A stretch of 63,500 nucleotides of DNA, counting the filler, from Welwitschia mirabilis (taxonomy: Eukaryota), in the NCBI GenBank assembly GCA_051453625.1. It is 4 parts of one record of this genome, joined end to end, with 100 filler letters (N's around TTAATTAATTAA, not from the genome) between each part and the next. Parts side by side here need not be neighbours in the genome. Positions count along the whole stretch, not along the records: positions 21,651 to 42,079 come from JBOZIK010000001.1; positions 42,180 to 54,430 come from JBOZIK010000001.1; 2 more parts are not named here. One strand, given 5' to 3'. This document shows positions 39,183 through 50,900 of this stretch, piece by piece. The translations under genes and the position numbers were made by a program. The number at the start of each line of letters is the position of its first letter. Within the stretch, counting starts at the first letter, position 1. A model generated the notes under the pieces. The model saw nothing but the letters and a program-made list of their open reading frames with translations. It ran no database searches and was not told where the DNA came from.

Positions 39183-39291
39183 AAAAGGGCCAAACAAATG
39201 CACACAATCAAAACGCGATCAAAAAGTGGAAAACATTGATACATCTCAGCGAACTCATAGATATATATTTATAAGATATATCTAAGCTAGT
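39183..39291 (+). mobile_element. 3' end of a third non-autonomous Helentron derivative (5' part in the gap)
   Basis: Matches 38105-38213: CATCTCAGCGAA + stem-loop + AAGCTAGT. Confidence 0.7.
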
Positions 39292-39532
39292 AATTATGCT
39301 TTTGGAAAACCATTTTACAAATTTAGTTCTTAAGAGCCACTTCTATACTAATCAAATTTTTTATTTTTAAGAGGGACTTTTCCATTAAATATAATTTTAG
39401 TTTTCGAGAACATTATCTTACCACTTTTTTAACATTTAATAATAATACAATTAATTACATGTTTCAATCAACTTTAAAAGGAATGAATCACCTTTAGAAC
39501 ATCATATACTTCTGAAGATCACTTTAAGCATA

Positions 39533-39729
39533 AAATTACCATCAAAGTTTGCACACATATCAAAAATTTATAATGCAGTACTTTAAAAAAATACATACAT
39601 TCTCAATCAATCATAAAAATATAAACATGCATCAAATTACCATCAAAGTTTGCACACATATCAAAAATTTATAATGCAATACTTTAAAAAAATACATACA
39701 TTCTCAATCAACCATTAAAATATAAACAT
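39533..39729. repeat. 101-bp tandem duplication
   Basis: AAATTACCATCAAAGTTTGCACAC... at 39533 and 39634, nearly identical. Confidence 0.9.
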
Positions 39730-39980
39730 CACCATGGCTAAGATATTCACCTCAAGGGAGAAAGTATACTATAGAAAGTTTTAGTAGATATATACCAGAG
39801 TGTAAGAAGTATGCATCACAACATACTCTTAATTACCTTACAAAACACATTTCTCTAAACTTAAACAATAACCAATATGCATAACTTAACTAAAACGTTA
39901 TTACATTATGAAAACCTTATCATACATAATTAAAAAAATATATGTGTTTTAATAAAATGCAAAGCTTTATATGCAATGTC

Positions 39981-40009
39981 GTAACGGCTTAGCTACTGTG
40001 AGCCGTTAC
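39981..40009. promoter_or_regulatory. Palindromic pair of MYB-core (TAACGG) sites upstream of the zinc-finger ORF
   Basis: GTAACGGCT (39981-39989) and AGCCGTTAC (40001-40009) are perfect inverted repeats with CpGs retained. Confidence 0.4.
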
Positions 40010-40179
40010 ATTTTGTGTCCAAGATTGTCTTTTTCTAGCTGTTTTTAGGTAGCTATGCAAGCTTCTCGTAGGCAGGAATGGAGGTTTCCAAAGCTTCCAA
40101 TCTACATAAACGAAAAAATTGAGACTTTTGCTTAAAATTTCATTCTCCTCTTCTTTTTTTCAATCCAGAGTTGCCTCGT

Positions 40180-40812
40180 ATGACGGAGATACTCAACGAC
40201 AGCCGTGATCTCCATCTCCTCGCAGAGACAGCCCTCGCAGAGGCAGGGCTTCTCCTGTTTGAAAAGCCTTCTGCGAGCCATCCTTCGGCTGTTTTCTCTG
40301 CAACTGAAACTGAGACAGTCCAATGCAAACAATCGTCGTCTCTTTCTCCACCTGCGCATGGCGAAAGAAAGTTCAAATGTGTGAGCTGCAAACGCACATT
40401 TGGATCTTGGCAAGCTCTGGGCGGACATCGCTCCAGCAGTGGCTGCTTCAAGAAACAGCAACAACAGATGAGGCTGCGTAGGAGCCAACGTAAACAGTCT
40501 GCAATGCTACTGCTCCGCCTGCGCATGCTTAAGGCTCGCATTTCCTCCGCAACTGAAGCGGCAGCTGAAACTGAGACGCTCCAGCCCAAACAATCATCGT
40601 CTCCTTCTCCATCTCGGCATGGGGAAACGAAGTTCAAATGTGTGAGCTGCGGACGAACATTCATATCTTGGCAGGGTCTGGGCGGACATCGCTCTCGCAG
40701 TGGCTGCTTAAAGAAACAGCAGCAACAGGTGAGGCTGCTTAGAAGTCATTGCAAACAGTCTGTACTGCTAGTGCGCCGTCCGGGCACGCCCAAAGGTCAT
40801 TCAAGTCTTTGA
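40180..40812 (+). CDS. Plant QALGGH-type zinc-finger protein with two atypical fingers (possibly pseudogenising)
   Basis: GC-rich open frame; FKCVSCKRTFGSWQALGGHRSSSGC and FKCVSCGRTFISWQGLGGHRSRSGC. First in-frame ATG is at 40180 (the ORF track starts at TTG 40171); no intact EAR motif. Confidence 0.7.
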   Translation: MTEILNDSRDLHLLAETALAEAGLLLFEKPSASHPSAVFSATETETVQCKQSSSLSPPAHGERKFKCVSCKRTFGSWQALGGHRSSSGCFKKQQQQMRLRRSQRKQSAMLLLRLRMLKARISSATEAAAETETLQPKQSSSPSPSRHGETKFKCVSCGRTFISWQGLGGHRSRSGCLKKQQQQVRLLRSHCKQSVLLVRRPGTPKGHSSL

Positions 40813-41631
40813 AGTGCGGTCACAGGTTCCCTTCAAGTGCTCACTGCAGATGAGAATCCTCTAGCAGGACGCGCGGTTTGAATTCCTCCAGTCGAGTGAT
40901 CCGAGCAAGCCCCTTTAGCATCACTTTTGTGCTAGATAGGAAGGAATTTTCCAATGGATGTTTTTTTTAAGGAGATAATTTAGCAAACATCTATCTTTGT
41001 ATTTTTAATGGAAACGTTTTGATTATATTATTATGTGAACGAAATTATAGATAACATGTAATTTGAAGGATAAGTAAAGTATTTTAGCGTTTCATAAAAC
41101 TTTTCCCCTTGCTTCTACTTTAATGATTTGGATAAGTAAATAGTGCTTGTTGTTTTGTCCTTCTAATACTAAACACTTCAAATTAATACTGAAAGAAGAA
41201 AGTAAATATATGATTTAAAGCATAGCTATTTCAAAGATTTAGTAAGAAAGCTTGGTACTTCGCTTTCTATATAGTTTAACAATTTTGATTTTATTTTAGG
41301 ATTAGAGTCTAGTTTTCATTTAGAAATATCAGTTTATTTTAGTTGTAGATATGCAGCTAATAAAGAAGTGAGAATGTAATTTAGATAGCTCTAATAATAT
41401 TGGGATTTTTGAAGGTTTAGTTTAAGGTCTAATCTACATTTAAGAATGTCAGTTTGAGTTTTAGACAATCATTTAATAAGTAGAGAATGGTGCTCAACAT
41501 TTTAGATTTTTGGGGTTTCATAGTGTTGGGACTTTTATATATTCCTAAGCGAGACTCCTAACACAATCTATATGAATTTGAAAGGCTAAAATGTAATTAT
41601 GTCCATCATAGCGCATAACCCTAGATTAACT

Positions 41632-41746
41632 TTGAAAATAAATCTCCCTAAAAAACGCTTATGAAAATACATTCTCCCTAAAAAATTCATTTGTGGTTTG
41701 GAAAAACATAAATGAAAATACATTCTCCCTAAAAAACGCTTATGAA
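41632..41746. repeat. Three short direct repeats
   Basis: TGAAAATA(C)A(T)TCTCCCTAAAAAA occurs three times, twice followed by CGCTTATGAA. Confidence 0.8.
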
Positions 41747-41912
41747 GCAGCAAGACACTCAAGCACATCGTTAGAATTCTTCATCCATTTGGAATATGTG
41801 CATACTTCAACTTTCATTTATTTAAATTAAATTATCTTCATCTTTATCTTGCAGGAGCAGCCAACTCAAATCTAGAGAGACAAAACTTCACTCGAAATTT
41901 GCCCGTCAAGAG

Positions 41913-42006
41913 CCTGTGACCGCATTTCAAACACTTGAATGACCTTTAGGCGTGTGCGGACAGAGCACTACAGACTGTTTACGGTGACTTCTACGCAGCC
42001 TCACCT
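41913..42006 (-). pseudogene. Inverted partial copy of the zinc-finger gene 3' end
   Basis: The reverse complement aligns with 40727-40826 (AGGTGAGGCTGC..AAACAGTCTGTA..AAAGGTCATTCAAG..TGCGGTCACAGG). Confidence 0.9.
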
Positions 42007-42179
42007 ATTTTTTTGAATGAAAATTTAGAGGGATTTCATTACTGATTCTTTCAAAGACACAACACATACACAAACCGGGNNNNNNNNNNNNNNNNNNNNN
42101 NNNNNNNNNNNNNNNNNNNNNNNTTAATTAATTAANNNNNNNNNNNNNNNNNNNNNNNNNNNNNNNNNNNNNNNNNNNN

Positions 42180-43946
42180 ATATTTTAACAAATAAATTTT
42201 TTAAAAATAATTACACATTAGAAAAATTACTATTTTTACATTCTCATGTTTATAACATGGTCTTCGAGATACAAAAAAAAAAGGTTTGCTACTTTATACC
42301 TACTAGTTAATAAGCTATGGCATTTTTAACTTATGCCTTTATTCTAAAAATTTATCTTTGGCTATAAGAAATATGGGAAAGTTTTTAGAATTAGTTATGC
42401 AATAATTTAAATTAGTGAATTAATGAATATAATAGCTAAACTAATTATATACAATACATCTTAAGTAAATTTACTAATTCAAAACAATGTAGGGAAAAAA
42501 TACATTAATTAAAACAACCATTTACTATGAGCCATATGATACCATGAAGGAGTAGTAATCTAAAAGAGATTTTTAAGGATTAGACCTTACCCATTATAAG
42601 ATAGACCTAATTCATAATGCATAAAAAATAAATTGTTATGTATATTAATACAAAATAACATGGGTATTTGAGTATATAGTGAATTCCTAAAGTGCTCAAT
42701 TAGCCATAAACATTAATTATTAACCTCACTCACCAAGCATTAGAGACTTCTCATGTCTTCCCACATGTTGGTGAGAGCTAATGGGAGGGAGTAACATAAT
42801 TTTATGATATATCATAAATAGTGATATAATGCAATATCACATCATTCTACTAAAATATTTAAAAAAACCATATGGATAACATGAGTAAAGAGCTTATTTG
42901 GAAATATTAGTAAGTCCTTGATAGTTGAAGATCAATGAATATCCAAGATCAAGAGTTCCTTAGCTCAAGGTTTTAAGCTCCAAGCTTCATGAGTGAAAAA
43001 AATGAAAGAAAGAGAGAAGAAAGAAGGAAATGCACTTCTATGGAAAAATGAAAAGTACCTCCTTTTTTGCAAGAGAGCAAATGATCTCTACATATAAATG
43101 AACAAAGGTACATAGCTCAAGATTGCATGATTTAGTATTGATAAGTGGGATTGGTAATAAGTGAATTAGAGTACAAAAGGAGATCATATTTATGACTTAT
43201 GCACCTAACTAATGTGAATAATATTATTTTTTTAATTAGCAAAGTTAATTAAATGCATTATTTCCTCATGTTAGCTCCTTCTTAATTTTTTATAAGCTCA
43301 TACATAAGTTTAATTTATCTAAGACATGCATCAGAAGAATAAATGCGTAAATCTCAAAATTGTCATGTGGCATAATGAGATGAACTCTTCAATCCCAATG
43401 AATAAAATAATAAATATGCTATGAACTAAGTGCCCTTACACATCTCAAGAAGATGAACATCATGCTAGAGTAATTCTACTCATTTATCATTCTTGGTTTT
43501 ATGTAAGAGTGTATGACCTATTCACATGCTCGTTTATTTCATAATTCATAAAATCTACAATCACATAATACAAGGTAAAAAAATATCTATTCATAATATA
43601 ATACACCTATTGCATTTACCAATAATTTAAATAAGTAAATAAGATATAAAATATATTATTATGTCCTCTTAAAATTTTTAGTTTATTATTTTTATTATGT
43701 GATTTTAATTCCTTATATAATGGGATTATCTAAATTTAAATTTTTAAATAGATTTTCTTATAAAAAACCTTCTAACATACTTATCATCATTTTCATGGTG
43801 AATTATGAAAATTTACATACTAAGGTTAATTTAAAATATCATCTTAGATTGACAAGGAATTTAAAGAAAACTAATTTATCATTTTAGTAAAACATTAATA
43901 CACTTAATATCCAAGTAATTAAGGTTTACAAATATGGGATATTACA
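42180..43946 (-). mobile_element. Probable decayed Gypsy (Tekay/Del-like) LTR
   Basis: Ends GGGATATTACA (reverse TGTAATATCCC, a typical terminus); TATA-like and CT-rich tract on the minus strand near 43000-43100; left boundary is in the gap. Confidence 0.35.
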
Positions 43947-44998
43947 TTAGTTAACTTAACAAGGACTCCTAGTTTGATTTGATACTAGCAAGATCAAATA
44001 GGATCTAATAACTAGTTCATAGCTTTGGTTATTAATTGGGTACTTGATCCCATGTAGTTAGTAATTTATTAAAGTAATACAGGAATCAATCTAGCTTGAA
44101 GTTTTATTTTATAGTTAAGAGTACTTAAAGATAAACTAAAGTAATCTAAGAGGTTTCTAAGATACAAACCTTAGAAAATGAAATGATTAATTTAGTTTCT
44201 TAGGATGATTACTTATTAAATTAATATAAATTAGGTATGTTTTAATTCCCTCAGATATACTTTATTGTAATCAAGATAGTATTATAATATTTTAGTGTCT
44301 TAATTTTTTATATTCAAGTCTATATTTCAAATTCAGTTTTACTCTTCAAGTTGTAGAATTTTTACCCAAGAGATCAAGCCTATCCTAAAGGCATATCTTC
44401 TACTTTAATGCTTATTCATTTCCATGTAACTAGCATTATATATTATAGCATGGGTTAGGTTTATTTATTATTGTATTACTATTACTATTTTTTGGGTTTT
44501 ATTAATTTTAAATTTTATTTAGATTATATCAATAGAGAAAAGAACATATTTAATTTAACATTAAAAATATAAAGATATTTCAACAAATATTCATGTCTTA
44601 TCAAGAGTTAATAAATGGCTTTGTCTTTTTGAAAGAAACTTGTATAATATGAAATAAAAATACTGACTAATAGTTTATTTTAATAAAGGTCTTCCATTCA
44701 ATACCTTAATCAATAAAAGTGGAATAAGTTAGATATTAAGACATGTAACCATCAATCAACTTATTCTTTTAAATAGATTAAAATTTCTCAAGGACGCTTT
44801 GAATAAGATTAATGATTAAAATCTAAGTCTGAGCTTATTATTCAATGTCAACTTTTCATGACAACTAATGTACACCACAAAAATATAGACTATGAAAAAT
44901 TACAAAATTCAGCCTCTAACTTAATATGTACCATGGATGAGGGAATGAATATATATTTATGAGAAGCTTATTAGGGTCTATTTTTAAACTTTCTTTTC

Positions 44999-45000
<2 letters not shown>

Positions 45001-45029
<29 letters not shown>

Positions 45030-45129
45030 NNNNNNNNNNNNNNNNNNNNNNNNNNNNNNNNNNNNNNNNNNNNNNNNNNNNNNNNNNNNNNNNNNNNNNN
45101 NNNNNNNNNNNNNNNNNNNNNNNNNNNNN

Positions 45130-45202
<73 letters not shown>
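45001..45202. repeat. (CT)n microsatellite spanning a gap
   Basis: Directly visible. Confidence 0.95.
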
Positions 45203-46653
45203 ATAAGGTAAAGGATTAAGATGGACTAGGTATAACTAATAAAAAACATTGGTGACTAACCATTCCTTAGATGAGATCTATAGCATGATCATCCCTTTGT
45301 AATTTCTATTTCATCTATCCATCAATAACATTTGAAAATACTTAAAGTACATTAAGGAAAGTGAAACCACTATCAAGAGAGTAAAGAACCAGAAGTCTAA
45401 ATTTAGATTATATAATGGACAAGTGATCTTCTAGTAAAATTTTGTACCATTTTACACTATTAAAACCCACTCTTAGGAATATTTTCTTGGGTGTATTTAT
45501 GATAAAATGATGTACATATTTTATTTTGGATTGAGGATTATGGTGGAATATGAAAACTAGTGATACATAATACATAAATATTAGATTTGGATCAAAACAT
45601 TTAGTTGATATAAAAATAATTTCTCATAACCCATTATTTTAGGTTCCCCACTAGTTAGATAGTTGGTTAGTAATAAATATGAACTAAGTTTTTTACATCA
45701 TCTAAAGACTTACATATTTTTTAGTAATGATTTTATTTCCATGTTATAATTTAGATTAAATATAATATAACCTATCATATCCTTTAATTACATTTTCATA
45801 ACAGTTAATATAACCTAAATTATGCTCAATCTTATTACAAATAGAAACTATTTAAGTATAGCACGACTATCAAATAAATTAGGTAAACTAAAGAAATATA
45901 CCTCTAAAATTTTAGAAATATAAAAGATAAGTCTTATATATTAAATTAAGATATGGCTACTAATGTTGTTAACATATTTTATTTAGGGTATTTATACTTA
46001 CATATGTCGTTTGAACTAGATAAAGATAAATTTTTATGTCTTTAATTATATTTTCTCTTTTTAATTTCGTATAAGAAGACATTATTTCTTTTTGCTTAAG
46101 ATAAGCATATGTGACCTCTTTCATATGTTCTTTTTCCTTTTAAAGTAAACCTTCTATTTTAATTTTACCCATGTTATCAAATACAAATATTTTAATTATA
46201 CAGTTAATTTTTATGTTTATATCTCCTAATATTTTCATGATTTTATATATCAATGATTTTATTGTATTAGAGATATATCTCCAAACATTTTTCTTTACTC
46301 TTATGCATAACTCCTTTTGGAAAATTTTAGAGTTATTATAATCATTTATTAGTATTACTATTTTGAATTTTATTTTTGATAATGTTTTAGTTATTGCATG
46401 TAGAAACCTTTTGTTATCATTTTTAACTATTTATTTTTGAAATGATGGAGTAAATTTTTTATTGGAATGGGACTTTAGAGCATTTGGCAACTTGTATTTT
46501 ATGTTCTATAAGATATGTTTACTTAGGTTACTTTTCTATTCCCATTAACCACTGATTCAACATCCTATAATGTATTCAAATCATTTATTAAATTTTGGTT
46601 ATTAAATTTCTCTTGAAATCTTTAATTCAAATGGATATTTCTTAGATACTTCT

Positions 46654-47871
46654 TATTGAGAACCCATTGTCATTGATTAACTTAATGAGTTTTTGTAGTT
46701 AGTCTTTTTTGCAGGTATTTCCCACCACTAGGCGATCGATTTAAAATGTCGAATGACTGACTGTTAAAGAACTATAATACTACTTCAGACTACACATGGG
46801 TGACTGAAATGATACAGCATAAAGAAGACTAGTTCAAACATGTGTGACCACTATTCATAGATGGGCAACTGCATCACACATAGTAAAATCCAACCTGATA
46901 GCAGGATGGATGACCGATGATATTCCTATAGGCAATCGCATCACATGCAGTAAAAATCTGTCTAATAGTAGTATGGGTGACCGACAAGTATATGAGCGAT
47001 GATCACACGATAATCAGTGGAACTTAAATCTAGTGATTATAAGGTCAACCGAATAACATGATAACGAGCAACTATATTTTGCCTAGAATCTCCCCTCATA
47101 AGGTCAACTGAATAAATGTGGTCAGGGTAACCTAGTAAAGGTTGATCACTAATTGACATAAGGGTGACCGAACTTGCTCTTGTTCTGTACTGATAAATCT
47201 ATGACAAGCAAGGATGACCGAATGTTAGAATAAGGGCGACCGCATAAGTAGATTACTGAGTCTCATGTAAGGTTGATCATACAATAAAAAATGTAACCGT
47301 TATGAATACAACAATTCATTAGAAAAAGTGCAATAGTTCCTTACAAAGCATAATGTTTTACTACTTCTTGTGGAAATGATTACCTTGTATGTCTTTAATA
47401 TAAAAGCTATTCTCTAATCAATAGAGTACATGACATTAACTTGTAAAATCTGAGATTGAAAAGAAAAACTGTCATACTTTCTCATAGTACATCTGAACAA
47501 TCTTCAAGTTTATATTTCTATTTTGATTGTATCATTGTATTCTTTTTAGAAGAAGAGATTATTGTACCTTAGAAAGATATTTATGCATTAATGCATCCTT
47601 CTTTCTTTCATTCATCCATGGTTGAGATAAGCCTTAAAATCCTCCTTGATTATGAAAGATCATTTGGTAAGCCTAAAAACCATTCTTAGAAGCTAATATA
47701 TGCCAGTAAGGACAAGAAGTCTAAAAAGCTGAAGAGTAGTGTCTATCCATCATTAAATACCTTATTTTTTGTATTCCTTTTATATTTATCATATTTACAG
47801 GTTTTGAAGAATAAGGAAATAGGTTTTAAAAGACCTATTCACCCCCTTCTAGGGTCGATCCTTAACTTTCA
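46654..47871 (+). repeat. 5' LTR of SIRE element 1
   Basis: Homologous to 62245-63408; repeated GGTGACCG/GGCGACCG motifs; CCTATTCACCCCCTTCTAGG near the end; ends TTTCA, followed by TTGCTATCAGAGC (PBS-Met, one mismatch). Confidence 0.88.
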
Positions 47872-47936
47872 TTTGCTATCAGAGCCTGGTTGAGCAATAG
47901 ATCCTAACAAATCTCTGCTCCACTCATTCCTAGAAA

Positions 47937-50900
47937 ATAAGTCAACCCACTAAAGAAAATTTTGTCATAAGACCTCCCTTTTTTGATGGAATAAATTATC
48001 ATTATTAGGAGGCAAAGATGAGAGTCTTTGTCCAATCCATTGACTTTGAAATTTGGGAGTCTATTATTAATGGGTATTAACCTCCTACTGTATAGGATTC
48101 GATTACCAAGTTAGCAATTCCAAAAAGTAAGGAGAAATGGAGGCTAGATGAGAAACAAGATGTAACTTTCAACTTCAAAGGCTTAAATGCTATCTTCTAT
48201 GCTATAAGTCCAGAAGATTTTAAAAGAGTTGTAAACTGCACCACTGCCAAAGAAGCATGGGATATCTTAGAAATGGCTCACGAAGGAACAAATTTAGTAA
48301 AGCAAGCTAAGATTCAAATGTTGATCACCTAGTTTGAAGACCTAAAGATGGAAGACAATGAAGGTATAAATGATTTCTTTGCAAAACTAATAGATATTAT
48401 TAATTCTATGTGTGAATTAGATGAAACAATTAAAGAATCAAGAGTAGTTCACAAAACTTTGATCTCTGCCAAAAACGTTCGAATCAAAAGTGACCGCTAT
48501 AGAATAAAGTAAGAACCTTAACATCATGAAATTGGATGAACTCTAAGGGAACCTTCACACTTTTAAGCTGAAATTTAGAAAGTAGAAGAAGAAGAGTGTG
48601 GCATTATCTACTACACATGAAGTTCCCGAGATCAGAGATGGGTCTGACCTAGAACCAGAAAGCGATGATGAAGTGGCTCTTCTAGCCAGAAGGTTCAGAC
48701 ACTTCATATAGAGACAACAAGATCAAGGTCAGTCTAGGAGACCACCAAGAAGGAAAAATGAAGGACATCGTGAAATTCAATGCTATTCTTGCAAAGGTTT
48801 TGATCACACTTCAAATGTCTATCCTAATAATAGAAAAGATGATTAAAAAAAAGGGAAACAAAGTTCTGTTTATAACATGGGACGATGAAGAAAGCGAAAG
48901 TAAACAAAAATCAGATTCAAAACATGTTGGTATCTCTCTCATGGCGATCGTTGATAAAAAGGTATGTTCTACTTTTCACATTAATTCAGTCACTAGTGAA
49001 GATATGCTTAATGATATTGAATTGGAATTATATTTAGAATGTAAAAATATAGCTCATAAAATAAACCAACTAGGAAAAGAAAATAAGCTCCTTCTAGATA
49101 AACTTAAGAATAGGAAAAAGAAAGTTAAAGACATAAAAAGTAGCCTGGCCTCAACTTCCTATAGAGTTAAGGATCAAGCCTATAGAAAATCATTCCTTAG
49201 CTTATTCAATTCTTATCACTACTCTCATTTTAAACCCTTGTCTAAGGCAGATTCCAAGAATTCTTTAGCTAATATCATCTACCATTATTGCAACAAAAAG
49301 AATTATTCTAATATTGATTGTATCTTTAGCAAAAGTTGGTTTCTTCACTTCCTTTTTGGATCTAAGTTTACTTTTACCAAAAAATCTCATCCTGTTGCAA
49401 ACAGAAATAAATGCCTGAGATGGATCCTGAAGTCCATAACTAAAAGCCTATTGATTCAAATGGCTTTAAAAGTAACTAATCATTCTTGTTGATATTTAGA
49501 TAACAGTTGCTCGAGAGATATGATAGGTTACAAATCAAACTTCATTAGTTTCAAGGAATATAATGGAGGAGAAGTCACTTTCGGAGACAATGGAAGAGCT
49601 CAAATTAAAGGAATTAGAAGCATCGATNNNNNNNNNNNNNNNNNNNNNNNNNNNNNNNNNNNNNNNNNNNNNNNNNNNNNNNNNNNNNNNNNNNNNNNNN
49701 NNNNNNNNNNNNNNNNNNNNNNNNNNNTCACATGTGGGAATAATGGAAGAGCTCAGATTGAAGGAATTGAAAGCATTAATGGAGGTAACTTATCAAATAT
49801 TCACAATGTTTTATTTGTCAATGGATTGAAGCATAATTTGTTAAGCATTATTCAAATTTATGATAAGGGTCATAAAGTCTTTTTTGATGAAAAAAATGTA
49901 TTGTGAAACATGGCAAAACTAATCAACCATTACTTGTAGTGAATAGACATGAGAATGTGTATTATGTAAATCAATCTAATAACTCTACATATCTATCTTC
50001 TCATACTCAAGAAGACATTATTTAGCATTAGCGTTTAGGTCATAATAGTTTTGATACTTTTAAAAAATTATGTCATGATTAGATAGTTAGGGATCTTCCT
50101 AAAATTTCTTTTTCTCACAAAGGGCTATGTGATGCTTATCAAAAGGGAAAACAAACTAGAACATCTCAAAAAAGAGTCAGTGATATTACAACTTGTAAAT
50201 CCTTAGATTTAATTCTTATGGATTTAGTTAGACCTATTCAAATCACGAGTCTATTTAGAAAAAGATATTTTCTATTTATGGTTGATGATTTTTCTAGATT
50301 TTCTTAGGTAGCTTTTCTACATGTAAAATCCGACACCTATAAAAATTTCATTAAAATTTTTAAAAACCTTCAAATGGAAAAGGGGTATGTAATAAAGAAA
50401 ATATGAAGTGATCATGGTAAAGAGTTTGAGAATGAAAGATTTAAATTATATTACAACTCAAATGGAATTGGCCATGAGTTTTCCACCCCTAAAATCCCTC
50501 AACAAAATAGAATAGCTAAAATTAAAAATTAAACTTTGCTAGATATAATAAGAGTAATATTAAATGACAAAAACATTCCAACAGAGTTTTGGACTGAATT
50601 AGTCAACATGGCCTATCATATATCAAATAATATTTATTTGAGACTTGGAACTTCTAAAACTTCTTATGAACTTTGGAATAAAAAGAAAATAAACATATCT
50701 TACTTTAAAACTTTTGGGAGTAAATGCTTCATTTTGAGAGATAGAGAGAAATTAGCAAAATTTAATGCTAAATCAAATAAAGAAATCTTTTTAGGATACT
50801 CTCAATCTAGTAGAGCCTATAGAGTTTTTAACAAACGAACTCTTCATATGAAAGAATTGATTAATATAAAAATACATGATGTTTTAGATTCTTTAAATTT

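Noticed and set aside
40132-40664. Two minus-strand ORFs overlapping the zinc-finger gene
   Set aside because: Antisense shadows of a GC-rich duplicated coding region; no recognisable motifs.
48758-49492. 244-aa ORF as an independent gene
   Set aside because: It is a frameshifted part of the SIRE gag region between the zinc knuckle and the protease.
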